NCBI GenBank assembly: GCA_963843575.1 | Contig: CAWJKZ010000024.1 | Location: 352,001 to 416,000, forward strand | DNA: 64,000 nucleotides | Reading direction: 5' to 3' | Source: an uncultured Acidobacteriota bacterium | GTDB lineage: Bacteria; Acidobacteriota; UBA6911 | Shown: positions 1 through 15,273 of the stretch, piece by piece | How the letters are laid out: each line of letters begins with the position of its first letter | Position numbering within the stretch: position 1 is the first letter of the stretch | Made by a program: the position numbers and the translations under genes | Notes under the pieces: model-generated | What the model saw: the letters and a program-made list of their open reading frames with translations, nothing else | Database searches by the model: none | What the model was told of the DNA's origin: nothing

Positions 1-94
1 ATCTTTGACAATCAGGCAAAGAAGACGACGGGTAAAGAGAGAAGTGGACTATGGGATTTACCCGCCTGGAGGTTTCGGGCGGAGTAAATTTTAT

Positions 95-3117
<3,023 letters not shown>

Positions 3118-3204
3118 ATAAAATTTACCCTGCTTGAAACCCCTGGGGGCGCGCGTTGCCCCGCAGGACTTCTTGCCTGATTGAGATTGGCGGTATATCG
3201 GGTT

Positions 3205-3320
<116 letters not shown>

Positions 3321-3332
3321 TTAAATACCAAT

Positions 3333-3366
3333 GGCCCCGGACTCACCTCCGGGGCCTTTTTCTTTC
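3333..3366 (+). terminator. rho-independent terminator of the rrn operon
   Basis: GGCCCCGGA/TCCGGGGCC stem followed by TTTTTCTTT. Confidence 0.9.
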
Positions 3367-3423
3367 GCCCCAAAGACAGCGACAGCAAACGGCTTCCGCG
3401 CTCCAAACACAACGACGGTTGAT

Positions 3424-3536
3424 TCTGGAGTGCGGCGGCTCGACTGGCTCGACGCCGCTTTGATGGCGGCGCCGAGGCGCCGCACTTCCACAATCAACCG
3501 TTGGACAGCCTCTGAAGCCCGGACCCACTTGTTTTG
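3424..3536. repeat. REP-like composite palindromic element (TGGAGTGCGGCG...CGCCGCACTCCA family)
   Basis: Same motif recurs at ~25997, ~28377 and ~46923-47045; tail ATCAACCGTTGGACAGCCTCT..AGCCCGG.CCCACTTGTTTTG is shared with ~26181-26224. Confidence 0.8.
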
Positions 3537-3585
3537 TACTTCTTTTGTGGCATGCTTGGCCTTCCACCTCTCTCCAGGAGGCCCC

Positions 3586-5610
3586 ATGCCAGCATCCCTC
3601 AACCGCCGCCAGTTCCTGGCCGGCAGCGCCGCCGCTCTTCTCGTCCTGCGCGACCTGAAACCCGCAGCCCGCGAGACCCCGGGTCGGCTTGCCCGTAAAG
3701 ACAGCTTTTTCGGCGTCCACTTCGACCTTCACCCCGCAAAGGAGGACACCGCCCTCGGGCGCGACATCACCGACCCGATGATCGAGCGCTTCCTGCAACG
3801 GGTAAAACCCGACTACGTCCAGTACGACTGCAAGGGACACCCGGGCTACGCCGGATACCCGACCAAGGTGGGGATCCCCTCCCCGGGAATCGTCAAAGAC
3901 TCGCTCGAGATCTGGCGCAACGTCACAGCCCGGCACGGCGTCGCCCTCTACATCCACTACTCCGGCATCTGGGACGGGGTTGCCTGCGAACAGCACCCGG
4001 AGTGGGCCGCCGTGCACGCCGACGGTTCGCGCGACACCCAGAAGACCAGCACGTTTGGTCCCTACGTCGACGAACTGCTCATCCCGCAGCTCCTTGAGGC
4101 GGCCGCGAAATACGACCTCGACGGCGCGTGGGTCGACGGCGAGTGCTGGGCGGTGATCCCCGATTATTGTCCAGCCGCGCGCGCCGCGTTCACCAGCGCC
4201 ACTGGCCTCGCCGACCCGCCGAAGGGCCCCAAGGACCCGGGCTGGAGGCAGTTCCTGGATATCAATCGGAGCCAGTTCCGCAACTACGTCCGGCATTACG
4301 TCGAAGCGATCCACGCACGGCGCCCAGGCTTCCAGATCGCCAGCAACTGGCTCTATTCGACCTTCGTGCCGGAGCGCCCCGACCTCCCCGTCGACTTTCT
4401 CTCGGGAGACTACCTCGGCAACGCCAGCATCTCGACGGCGCGGCTCGAGGCCCGCTATCTCGCCGCAACCGGCAAGCCCTGGGACCTGATGGCTTGGGGA
4501 TTTCAGAATGCCGGCCGCGAGTTCACCCACAAACCGGCCGTGCAGCTCATGCAGGAGGCTTCCGTCGTGCTGGCGCAGGGCGGCGGTTTCCAGGTCTACT
4601 ACCAGCCTTCGCGGGGCGGCCACCTCGAGGAACCGTTGATCGAAGTCATGGGACGGCTGGCCGACTTCTGCCGCGAGCGAAAGCCATTCTGCCACGGGAC
4701 GGAGCCGCTGCCCGGCATCGCCGTCCTCTTCTCCGGCCACAGCCTGTATGCGGGCGATTCCCGCCTGTTCGGCAGCTGGCGCGGCGCCGCGAACCCGGCG
4801 CGGGGCATCGTCGACGCGCTGATCGAGTGCCACCACTCCGTCGACGTCGTCCCCGATTGGCGTGTCGACGCGGACCTGGGCAAGTACCGGCTGCTCGTCG
4901 TCCCCGACTGGCCCGATACCGGCACACGCGCCCGGGATTCCATCGTGGAATACGTGCGCGCCGGCGGGAGCGCCCTGATCGTCGGCGCCGAAAACGCCAG
5001 GCTCTTTGCCGCCGTCCTCGGGGTAGAACTGACGGGGGAGGCGTCGGAGCAGCGCGCCTTCATAAAGGGGAGCGAGGTGCCCGGAAACATGGGCGGCCTG
5101 TGGCAGAGCGTCCTGCCCGGGAACGGGCGATCGGTGGAGCTGCGCTATCCCGAACTGGACTTCACCCGCGCCGGCGCCTGCGCGGCGACCGTCGCCGACT
5201 GCGGGAAGGGCCGCGTTGCCGCTGTCTATGGGCCGGTGGGTGCCCTGTCGGCCACGTACCATTCCGCGGCGAACCGGGAATTCCTCGATCGGGTGCTGCG
5301 GCAGATCTACAAGCCTCAGGTCGAAATACAGGGCCCCCCGACCGTGGAAGTCGCGCTGCGGAAGAAGGACGGCCGGATCCTGCTCCAGCTTTCGAACGCC
5401 ACCGCGATGCAGGTCGCCCAGGAATACGCGGTCAACGATTTTGTGCCGCGCCTCGGGCCCCTGCCGGTCAGCGTCGAGCTGCCTCAACGTCCCGCCGCCG
5501 CGACGCTGCAACCCGGAGGCACCGTCCTGGACGGCCGGTGGTCGGAAAACCGCTGGACCGGCACCGTGCCGGAGCTCCACATTCACTCGACCTTGTGCTT
5601 TTCATTCTGA
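3586..5610 (+). CDS. TAT-exported glycoside hydrolase (alpha-L-fucosidase/GH29-GH151-like TIM barrel with trimerisation-type C-terminal domain)
   Basis: GGAGG RBS; twin-arginine signal NRRQFL; FGVHFDLH, QYDCKGH and DGAWVDGE motifs. Confidence 0.75.
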   Translation: MPASLNRRQFLAGSAAALLVLRDLKPAARETPGRLARKDSFFGVHFDLHPAKEDTALGRDITDPMIERFLQRVKPDYVQYDCKGHPGYAGYPTKVGIPSPGIVKDSLEIWRNVTARHGVALYIHYSGIWDGVACEQHPEWAAVHADGSRDTQKTSTFGPYVDELLIPQLLEAAAKYDLDGAWVDGECWAVIPDYCPAARAAFTSATGLADPPKGPKDPGWRQFLDINRSQFRNYVRHYVEAIHARRPGFQIASNWLYSTFVPERPDLPVDFLSGDYLGNASISTARLEARYLAATGKPWDLMAWGFQNAGREFTHKPAVQLMQEASVVLAQGGGFQVYYQPSRGGHLEEPLIEVMGRLADFCRERKPFCHGTEPLPGIAVLFSGHSLYAGDSRLFGSWRGAANPARGIVDALIECHHSVDVVPDWRVDADLGKYRLLVVPDWPDTGTRARDSIVEYVRAGGSALIVGAENARLFAAVLGVELTGEASEQRAFIKGSEVPGNMGGLWQSVLPGNGRSVELRYPELDFTRAGACAATVADCGKGRVAAVYGPVGALSATYHSAANREFLDRVLRQIYKPQVEIQGPPTVEVALRKKDGRILLQLSNATAMQVAQEYAVNDFVPRLGPLPVSVELPQRPAAATLQPGGTVLDGRWSENRWTGTVPELHIHSTLCFSF

Positions 5611-5763
5611 ATCCATGGAAAAAGCGCACCTCGAAGCCTCGAAGAGCTCGAAGAATCTCAAACAAACCGCCGATGGTGGCGTTCGGTATTTTTCCGTGTC
5701 CTCCGTCTTTTTCAGTGTCTTCCGTGACCGGTTGTTTTGGCTGTCCGTGTCCGATTGCCCGCC

Positions 5764-6546
5764 TCATTTCGGCGTGCGGCTGCGGGTACCGTAGCGCAAC
5801 GCGATGGCGTGCCGGGCGGCCTGCGGCAACCAGTGCTGCGCGCGCACGGCAAGCCTGTAAGGCCAGCCCGGGATGACGAACAGCCTGTTGCGCTCGAGCG
5901 CGCGCAACGACGCCTCGACCACCTTGCCGGCCGGCATCCACAGCGGCCTCGGGATGGCCCGGCGGTCGATGTTGAGCACGTCGTGGAACTCCGTGTAGGT
6001 AAACCCCGGGCAGAGGCACTGCGCGCGCACGGGCGAGCCGATCGCCTTCAGCTCGATGTACACTCCTTCCGTGAAAGTGTTTACCCAGGCCTTGGTCGCG
6101 CAGTAGCTCACGTTGAGCGGATTGTGAAAAAAGGCCGCGACCGACGACACGTTTACGACTGCGCCCAGGCCGCGGCTCACCATCCCGGGAAGCGCCGCGC
6201 GCGTGAGCCGCATCGTCGCCAGCACGTGCACGCGGTGCATCGCCAGCTGCCCTTCAGGGTCCGCCTCGAAAAACATCCCCATCGTGCCGAAACCGGCGTT
6301 GTTGACCAGGAACTCCAACCGCGGCTCGTCGGCGAGCCGCCTCTCGAGACGCTCCACGTCGGCGTCCGCTGCGAGATCCGCCGGCAGCGCCTCGGCTGTG
6401 CCTAGTTCCGAAGCCAGCCGCTGGAGGCGCTCCGCGCGCCGCGCCACGAGGAGCAGCCGATAGCCGCGCGCGGCCAGCCTCCTCGCGTACACCTCCCCGA
6501 TCCCGCTCGATGCTCCCGTCACCATCGCCAAAGGCCGGTCTTCCAT
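5764..6546 (-). CDS. short-chain dehydrogenase/reductase
   Basis: TGASSGIG, NNAG and YCATK motifs. Confidence 0.92.
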   Translation of the reverse strand: MEDRPLAMVTGASSGIGEVYARRLAARGYRLLLVARRAERLQRLASELGTAEALPADLAADADVERLERRLADEPRLEFLVNNAGFGTMGMFFEADPEGQLAMHRVHVLATMRLTRAALPGMVSRGLGAVVNVSSVAAFFHNPLNVSYCATKAWVNTFTEGVYIELKAIGSPVRAQCLCPGFTYTEFHDVLNIDRRAIPRPLWMPAGKVVEASLRALERNRLFVIPGWPYRLAVRAQHWLPQAARHAIALRYGTRSRTPK

Positions 6547-6597
6547 CGTCTCCTCCCCTGGAGGTCGAAAATCCCGGAGCCCGTCGAATCCCGCAGT

Positions 6598-9043
6598 TTA
6601 TTCGCACCGGAGGGCTTCGGCCGGGTCGGCCGAGGCGGCCCGGCGTGCAGGGACGGCGCAGGCGAGCAGGGCCGTCGCCAGCAGGGCCGCGGGGGCTGCG
6701 CCAAAGGCGACCGCATCCAGCGGAGACACGCCGAAGAGCAGCGCCTTCATCAGCCTCGTCAGGGCCGCGGCTCCCGCGACTCCCAGCGCCAGTCCGGCCA
6801 GCACAGAGGTGATTCCCTCGCGCACCACCATGCCGACCAGATCGCCCCTCGACGCACCCAGGGCTGCCCGGATCCCCAGTTCCCGGCGGCGCTGCGCCAC
6901 GCCGTACGAGAGGACGCCGTACAGCCCCACCGCCGCCAGCGCCAGGGCCAGCGCCGCGAACGCCGTCATCACCGCGGCCGCGAAACGCGGCTCGCTGACC
7001 GACGCGGAGACGCGCTGCGCCAGTGTGGCCACCTCGTCCACCGCGGCATTCCGATCCGTTTCGAGCACGACGGCGCGCAGGAGGGGCGCCATGGCGGCGG
7101 CGTTCCCGTGCGTCCGCACCACGACACTGAAACTGTTCCCGAGCGGCCGTTCGCCACGGCGCAGCAGGTATATCTCCGGCTGCGGCCGGCCGTCGAGGCC
7201 GTCCTTGAGGACGTCACCGACCACCCCGACGATCTCGGTGGTCTGGTCCGGGCGCGACATGAGCCCGCGATATCTGCGGCCGGCCACCGGACCGGGCGGC
7301 ACGTACTGCCTCGCGAACTCCTGGTTGACTACGATGGGTTGGATCCCGCTCGATTCGTCGGCCTCGGTGAACGACCGCCCCTCGCGCACGCGCAGCGACA
7401 GGGCCTCGGCATAGCCGGGGGTCACGAGATAGCTCAGCGCCTTCGCCGTTCGCGCCGGGCCGTTCCCTCCCTCGGGCAGGGAAAACCCGGAGATGGCCGT
7501 CACGCCCGCAAGCGGCGCCATGTTCGACACGCCCGCGGCGGCGACCCCGGCCATCCCCCGCAAGCGCCCGAGCAGGGCGTCGGCGAACCGGCTGCTCTGT
7601 TCCGGAGAGGTCCCGGGCGGGAGGTAGACGCGCGCCGTGACGACGTTGGACGGATCGTAGCCGGCGTCGACGGCGACCAGGCGCCCGAAGCTGCGGATGA
7701 GCAGCCCGGCGCCCACGAGCAGCATCGTCGCAACCGCAGCCTCGGCCACCAGCAGCAGGCCTCGGAGCCGCGGGGTCCAAGCTCCCCGAAAACCCCCTTC
7801 GGTCGAGCGCGAGGCGGTGCGCAGGGATCCCCACGATCCCTGGCCGCCGCGCAGCACGGGGGCGATCCCAGACAGCACGCCCGCAGCCATCGAGATCAGG
7901 GCGGCGAAAGTCAGCAGGCCCGCGTCGATCCTCACGTCGCTCAGTCTGGGGAAGTTTTCCGGCGCGATCGACGGCAGGAAACGCACCAGCGCCAGCGCGA
8001 GGCCGAGCCCGAGCGCCCCGCCGGCGAGGGACAGGACGAGGCTTTCGGTGACCAGCTGGCGGGCGAGGCGCGCCCACCCTGCGCCCAGCGCCACCCGCAC
8101 CGCCATTTCGCGCTGCCGCGCCAGCCCGCGCGACAGGAAGAGGTGCGCGACGTTCGCGCACGCGATCAGCAGCACCAGGATGACGGCGAAGGCGAGCACC
8201 AGCAGGGCCGGCCGGATCGATGCGGCCGTCTCGTCCGCCAGGGTGCGGACACGGACTTCCACCGGACCCCCGGTGCCGAACAGCATGTCCGCCGCCATGG
8301 GCCTCGTGGCCCGCCCCCCGTGCGGCGGCGGTTCCCTCGGCCGCCGCCTGCGCCGCGCTGGCTCCCGGACGAAGCCGCGCCAGGGCGGGGAAGACCGAGA
8401 CCGTCGTCCCCCCGGGCGTTTCGGGCCTCTGCACCGTGTTCGGCAGCCAGAAGCGCGTCTCGTGGTCGGGGAAGTAGAAGCCGGGCGGGGTGACCCCTAC
8501 GATCGTGTACGCGCGCCCCTCGAGTGTCAGGCTGCGCCCGACCGCCGCAGGGTCGGCCCCGAAGTGCTGCCGCCAGAATTCGTGGCCGAGGACGATCACG
8601 GGGGCGTTGTCGGTCGCTTCCCGTTCCGAGAAGAACCGGCCGGCCGCGGGCTTCTGCCGCAAGAGCCGGAACAGGACGGGGGAGACCGCGCTCCCCTTCA
8701 CGCGCATCGGCTCGTCCAGGCCAGTCACGGTGTAGCGGTCCGCTTCGTACACCGCGATCCCTTCGACAGTCCGCGGCGACCCGCCCCAGGCGTAATACGT
8801 CAGGTTGCTCAGCAGCGAAGCGCGCAGCGGGGAAGAGGCCCCGGCGTGCCCCTCGGACAACCGCACCAGCCCGTCGGGCTCGGGATACGGGAGCGGCCGC
8901 AAAAGCACCCCGTACACGAGCGAGGCCACGGCCGTGCTGGCCCCGATGCCGAGTGCCAGGGTCAGCAGGGCGGCGCAGGAGAACCCCTTGTTGCGCAACA
9001 TCGTCCGACACGCGTATCGGACGTCCTGCAGAAGCTTGTCCAC
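6598..9043 (-). CDS. ADOP-family duplicated ABC permease (MacB-like), frameshift near 8310
   Basis: DKLLQDVRYACRTM..TLALGIGA N-terminus; LLIACANVA..REMAVRVALGA and GLYGVLSY..RELGIRAALGA repeats; split over two frames. Confidence 0.9.
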
Positions 9044-9552
9044 GCTTCCTCCGAACCCTTTACCGTAACAATACGAGAAATGCCGGGGCGAGTTGATCTT
9101 TTTCGCCCAGGGTTCGCGCAAGAACAAGTTCACATTTAGGCGCGAGCGCCGGGCGGGCAGATGCAAGGCGCCGCGACGCAGGCGATGTGGGGACATCGTC
9201 GAGGAGCGGCAACGCCGCAGATGCCCGCCCGCCGCCGCGCCCCGGAGGGCTGACGGCTCCGTCAATAGCCATCTCCTGTCGTGGATTGCTCTAGGATCTG
9301 TTGACGCGGGAGCCGCCAGCAAAATGTGAAATTATTCTTGCGCGAGCCTAAGTACTAGTGTTCAGAAATACGCCGTAAATCGTTTCCAGGACGCAGATTT
9401 GCGCGGATACACGCGGATTTCTACCTGGTGGCAGGCCGCGCCCGGCCGATCCGCGTGAATCCGCAAAATCCGCGAAGATCCGCGTTCTGCTGTTGTCAAT
9501 CGGTGACCAGCTTCATCCCAACAATGCGTTAGCGTACTTGCGAAATGGGGTA

Positions 9553-10308
9553 CTAAGCCGTGGGTCGCGGCGGCCCGTCGCGGCCCAGTTCCACGCGCCG
9601 GACCTCGAACGCCTCGGCGTATGGGGCGCGCCCTTGCGCTGCGGCGGCCACTTCACGGTTCAGCCTGAGGATGCGTTCGTCGAAACCATAGCCGCGGGTG
9701 TTGAGGTTCCGCTGCTGCTGCGAGCGGTGGCAGCGCAGCAGCCCGGCCTTCCAGCGCGCCTCCTCCTCGCCGAAGAACATCAGCAGGTCCGGGCGCATCG
9801 AGAGGGTCTTGGGGTCGCGGTTGAGCAGCGCGGTGAAGGGGAATGCAGACTCGCGGCCGAAACGCTCGAGCATGGCGAAGGTCCGCCGGTGTCCGGCGTT
9901 CGTGTCGTTGCCGTGGGGGAGGAAAACGAGGTCCGGCCGCGCCTGATCCAGCACGGCGCGGATGCGGGCGTAATTGGCGTCGTCCTCGCGCGGCTGGCCG
10001 TGTTCGTCCTCGGCCAGCCGCAGGAAGGTCAGGCAGCGGTCCGGCAAGCCGAAGAGGCGGCAGCTCTCGCGCTGCTCCGCTTCGCGGACGGCCGCCTTGG
10101 CCGTCGCGGTCGGGGTGGGACAGAAGCTGTCCTCGACACCGGACGCAGAGGAACTGGCCACGGCCAGGCGGATGCCGGCGTCGCGCTCGCGATAAAACCG
10201 CAGCGTCACGGCGATGGCGTCGAAGTCGTCCGGGTGGGGCGCGAGCACCAGGATGCGCAGGCCGCGCGGCCAGGCCAGTTCGTTCAGGACCCCGAACGCG
10301 CCGTTCAT
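9553..10308 (-). CDS. PIG-L/LmbE family deacetylase
   Basis: APHPDD motif, DxNxGH, HRSQ; ATGA overlap with the upstream gene. Confidence 0.88.
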   Translation of the reverse strand: MNGAFGVLNELAWPRGLRILVLAPHPDDFDAIAVTLRFYRERDAGIRLAVASSSASGVEDSFCPTPTATAKAAVREAEQRESCRLFGLPDRCLTFLRLAEDEHGQPREDDANYARIRAVLDQARPDLVFLPHGNDTNAGHRRTFAMLERFGRESAFPFTALLNRDPKTLSMRPDLLMFFGEEEARWKAGLLRCHRSQQQRNLNTRGYGFDERILRLNREVAAAAQGRAPYAEAFEVRRVELGRDGPPRPTA

Positions 10309-11374
10309 ACGATGACCGAGTCGGGTGCGATCGGAAGCTCGACCCGGCGGTTTTCGCGCGCCGACTGGTACATGGCGAGGACGCATTCGAGCGCGGGCCG
10401 CGCCGACCGCAGCGGGATCATCGGCTCGCCACCGGACGCGACGGCATGGGCCAGGTCCTCGATAACGACCTGGTGGTCCTGGAAACCGAGGTCGGCGGCC
10501 CCGGTCGCGCCCGTGGCGGCCGCCTCGCTGCCGTAGGTCCGGATCTCGGCGTCTCCGGGGTGTTCCTCGCGGAAGCGCCACATCTGGAGTCGCTCGCCGA
10601 CCAGGATGGCGGTGCCGTCCTCCCCGTTGATTTCGATCCGCACGTCGGTGCCGGGCCAGAGCGCGGTCGACGCCTGCACCACTCCCTGGGCGCCGCACTC
10701 GAAATCGAGGAAGGCCAGCACGGTGTCTTCCAGGTCGACGGACGGGTGCGCGAGGTTGGACATGCGCGCCTGCACCGTGCGCACCGGGCCCCGCGAGGTG
10801 GGTCAGCAGGTCGATGTAGTGGAACGCCTGCTGCACCGTCACGCCCGCCCCGGCGCTGCGCGAGCTGCGCCACGCGTCCATGCGGTAGTAGTCTGGCGGC
10901 CGGTACCACTTCATGTACGCGTCCGCGTGCCGGATTTTGCCGAACCGTCCCCGTGCGACGGCTTCCCGGATGGCACGGACGGCGCGCCGCGCACGGCACT
11001 GGAGCACCACCCCGACCTTGACCCCGGCGACTCCCGGCTGCCGCGTCCATCTCGTCCAGCTCGCGCAGCGACACGGCGGGCGGCTTTTCCACGAGCACGT
11101 GCTTCCCGCGCGCGATCGATTGCAGGAGCGCTTCGCGGTGCAGGTGGTTGGGGGTGAGGATGCCGACGGCGCCGACCGCCGGGTCGTCGAGCATCGCTTC
11201 CAGCGTGGCGTGACCCCGGCAGCCAAAATCCGCGCAAAAGCGCGCCAGCCGCGCCGCGTCCAGGTCGCACGCCGCCTCCAGCCGCGCCTTCCGGGATGCC
11301 TGGAGCGCGCGGGCGTGAAACGGCGCGATCAGGCCGGTGCCGAGCAGACCAAAACCCAGGGGGACCGGGCTCAT
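10305..11374 (-). CDS. Gfo/Idh/MocA oxidoreductase (frameshifts near 11040 and 10790)
   Basis: GLLGTGLIA, KHVLVEKP and HYIDLL motifs across three frames. Confidence 0.85.
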
Positions 11375-11383
11375 GGTTTCACC

Positions 11384-12420
11384 TCACTCCGGGATCAACA
11401 GCACCTTCAGGGCACGCTGGGCCTCGATCTCGTCGAAGGCCCGCCGCCAGCCGGACAGCGGCAGGCGATGCGTGATGATTTCGCCCGCCGGTATCTTCCC
11501 GGAGGCGATCAGGTGAATGGTGCGGTCCCAGCTCGTGTAGCTCGTTGAAAGGTTGAAAATGATGTCGCAGACCTTGAACATCGCCTTGTCCCACGGAAAC
11601 GGGACGGTGGGCCGGGACGAGAGCCCGATGACACCGATGCGCCCCTTCTTGCGGATCAGGTCCACCGTCGAGGCGATGGCCGCGGGGGCGCCGCTGCACT
11701 CGACGACGACGTCGGCGCCCAGCCCGCCCGTCATCTCCTGGACGACCCGCAGACGGGTCTTCCGTCGTGATGTTGAGGGCGCGAAACCCGAGGCTGCGGG
11801 CCTTCTTCAGCCGGATGGCCTCGTCCGCCTCCGTCCCCACGACGACGACGTCGCGGGCGCCGGCGGCGCGTGCCGTCATGGCCGCCAGCAGCCCGATCGG
11901 CCCGGGGCCGAGCACCGACCACGAAATCGCCCGCCTCCACCCTCGTCCGCTCCACCACGTCGTGGACCGTGTTGGCCGTGGGTTCCACCAGGGCCGCGAG
12001 CTCGTAGCTCATCGCGTCGGGGATCCGGTGCAGCAGCCGCTCGGGCATCCGGATGTATGCCGCGAACGCGCCGTCGATGCCCCAGCCGGGGGAGCGCTTC
12101 GCCGCGCAGATCTGGATGTTGCCGGTCCGGCAGAGGTAGCACTGTCCGCACGCCTGCGTGTGCGGTTCGCCCACGACCCGGTCTCCGACCGCGTAGAGCG
12201 ACACTCCCGGGCCGAGCTCGACGATTTCGCCGGAGAACTCGTGTCCGAGGACCACCGGCGGCCAGTAGGGGAATTCGTCGTGCAGGACGTGGACGTCCGT
12301 GCCGCAGACGCCGCACGCCTTCACCTTGATCAGGACTTCGCCGGCGCCCGGCGCCGGCACGGGGTGCTCGCGCAGTTCGAGAAAGCCGTCCCCTTTCTGC
12401 GTCTTGACCAGCGCCTGCAT
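11384..12420 (-). CDS. Zn-dependent alcohol/polyol dehydrogenase (frameshifted)
   Basis: CGVCGTD, GHEFSG, CxxCxxC..C structural Zn site, GPGPIG; AGGAGG RBS. Confidence 0.88.
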
Positions 12421-12538
12421 ATGAACCTCCTGAGATGTCGAGTGGGCCGCGCCGCAGTGGGCCGCGCCGGCCCGGCTCGGTCCCCTCGTGGATGCACCGT
12501 TTGGAGCGGGGTCGGGGCCGCCCCTGCCCACTGTGCCC

Positions 12539-13792
12539 CTATCCACTCCATCGCGCGGCCATGTAGGCCAGGATCGCGGCGGCGGCGCACACGTCCTCGA
12601 CCCGGATCTGCTCGTCGTTGGAATGAGCGTGGCCCAGGCTGCCCGGCGCCGAAGACGACGGTGGGGATGCCGAGCTGGTTGTTGTAGAACCACGAGTCGC
12701 ACGATGCGGTCATGGCCGAGACTTCGCCGGCCATCCCCGCCGCCGCGCAACACTCCTGCAGCGTGGCCACCAGCGGGTGGCCGGGGTCGAGCACGTGGGA
12801 GTCGTGCCGGTACATGAACTCCAGGCTGAAGTGTTCGCGCAGCCAGGGATCGCCGCCGCTCCAGGATGGCCAGCCGCATCTCCTCCATGACCTGGCCGCG
12901 GGTCTTGTTGGGGAGCAGGCCCAGCACGCCTTCGACGACCGCGCGGGCCGGCGCCGTCGCCGGCCAGTCGCCGGCCAGCAGCTTGCCGAACGTGATGGGC
13001 ATGGGATTCGCGAACTTGTCGAACAGCGCAATCCCCCTGGACGAGGCCAGCAGCCGCGCGTGGTACTGCTCGAGGATGTCGATGACCCGGAGCGCCATTT
13101 TCAGCGCGCTGACCGTGTCCCCGGCGCGCCCGCTGTGGCCCGGCTTCCCCTCGCAGATCACCCGGAACCAGACCGCCCCGCGGACCGACGGGAGGATCCG
13201 GAGCTCCGTCGGCTCCATGACGATGCAGCCGTCGGCCTGCTCTCCGCGCCGCGCGCAGCGCCAGGGTGCCGTTGCCGCCGACCTCCTCCTCGACGACCAG
13301 GTGCGCCAGCAGGTCCCCTCGCAGCCGGAGTCCCAGTCGGTGCAGGGCCGCCCAGGCGGTGAACAGGGCCGCCACCTGCCCCTTGGCGTCGCAGGCGCCG
13401 CGGCCGCGGACGGTCCCCCCGGCGACGACCGGTTCAAACGGCCGCTCCTGCCCCTGCGACGGCGGGAACGACGTCGAGGTGGGTGTTGAACAGCAGCGCC
13501 CGCCCGCCGCCGCTGCCCGGCACCCGAGCCCGGATCACGCTCCGGCCGTCGTACTCGATGCCCGGGATCGGGTCCGCGTAGTCCGGGTCGCTGCGCAGGG
13601 CGTTGGAGAGCGGGACCATCTCCACCTCGGCGATCCCGGCAAAACGGCGCGCCGCGTATTCGACGGCCTCCGCCTCCCGCCCCGGCAGCGAGGGGATCCG
13701 GATGAGGTCGCAGAGCAACTCTACCGCCCGGGGCTCGAGCGACCTTCACCGTCGTGCGGATCTCATCGAACGAAGGAATATCATTTTGGCAA
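12539..13792 (-). CDS. M20 family (ArgE/DapE-like) amidohydrolase, several frameshifts; start approximate
   Basis: NTHLDVVP, EEEVGGNG, MEPT, GKPGHSG and HSNDE motifs in successive frames. Confidence 0.82.
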
Positions 13793-13918
13793 ACCCGTAA
13801 TCCGCAAAACCAGCGGGTCCTGCAGCCCGGACGTCTTCTGATCCGATCCATGTGGCGACGGGCCACGTGATAGCGACCGCAGCAGTCGGGCTGAACCAGG
13901 ACCCGCTTGGTTCTTAAG

Positions 13919-15252
13919 TTACAGCATGGACAGCGAGCGTTCGAAGATGTCGAGGCTTTCGTGCGCCTCGGCCTCGGTGATCACGAGCGGCGGCGCCACC
14001 CGGATCACGTTTCCGAACATCCCTACGGAGCCGATGAGCAGCCCGTTCTGCGCCGCGAGGTCGATCAGCCTGCGGGTCAGCTCCGGCGCGGGTTCCCGCG
14101 TGCTCTTGTCCTTGACGAGTTCGACGCCCATGACCAGGCCCAGGCCCCGGACGTCGCCGACGTAGGGGCAGCGCTCCGGCCATCTCCAGCAGCCGCGCCT
14201 TCATCAGCCCGCCAATGCGGGCTGCGTTGGCGGCCAGGTTTTCGCGCCTCATGATGTCGACGACGGCGACGACGGCGGCGCACGCGACCGGGTTGCCGCC
14301 CATGGTGCTGCTCATCTCCCCGGGGCCGAGCACGCCGATGACGTCCCCGCGGGCCGCCACGGCTGCCGCGGGGACGCCGCTGCCGATGCCCTTGCCGATG
14401 CAGACGAGGTCGGGCGTCAGGCCCTCCCACTCCATGGCGAAGAACTTTCCCGGTGCGCCCGAAGGACGACTGCACCTCGTCGAGTGCGAACAGCAGCCCG
14501 TGGCTCGCGCGCCCACTCCTCCAGCCGCCGCAGCCAGCCCTGCGGGGCGAAGATGAAGCCCGGCGGCGCCCTGGTACGCCTCGACCAGGATGCCGGCCAG
14601 GCTGCCGGTGCTGTTGGCCCGGACCGCGTCGTCCAGATAGTCGAGGCAGAGCATGTCGCAGGTTTCCGGCTTCGCCTTGAACGGGCAGCGGTAGCAGTAG
14701 GGGAACGGGACGCGGATGGCGCCCGGCAGCATCGGGCCGTAGCCCTTTTTGGGCCCGGCCAGCCCGCCGGCGGTCGCCGCCGCGTAGGTGCGTCCGTGGA
14801 AGCCCCCGTAGAAGCTGACGATCTCGAACTTGCCCGTCTTGCGCTTCATGATGCGGATGGCCGCTTCGGTCGTCTCGCTTCCCGTGCTCAGGAAGAAGCA
14901 CCTGTCGAGGTGCGGGCGGGAGCACGGAGACGAGTTTCTCGGCGGCCTCGACGCGAGGTTCGTTCAGGCACTCGTAGTTGTTCAGGAGCCGGGCGGCGGC
15001 GGCCTGCACGGCGCGCACGAGGTCGGGGTGGCAGTGCCCGACGTTGGTCACCAGCACGCCGGACGTCCAGTCGATGAAGGCGTTGCCGTCGACGTCGCGC
15101 ACGACCACGCCGCGCGCTTCGTCCCAGACCACCCTCGCCTGGTAGCCCGCGCACTGGGCTTCGACCTTCGCCCAGCGCTCGAAGAGTTCCCGCGAGCGCG
15201 GGCCGGGGAGCGGAGTGTTGACGTGCGCCACGCGCGCTTCTGCACCGTTCAT
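13919..15252 (-). CDS. class III PLP aminotransferase (GabT-like), frameshifted
   Basis: DVDGN.FIDW, GFHGRT, DEVQS, GKGIGSG, TMGGNP. Confidence 0.88.
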
Positions 15253-15273
15253 GTTCAGCTCCTTTCCGCAGCC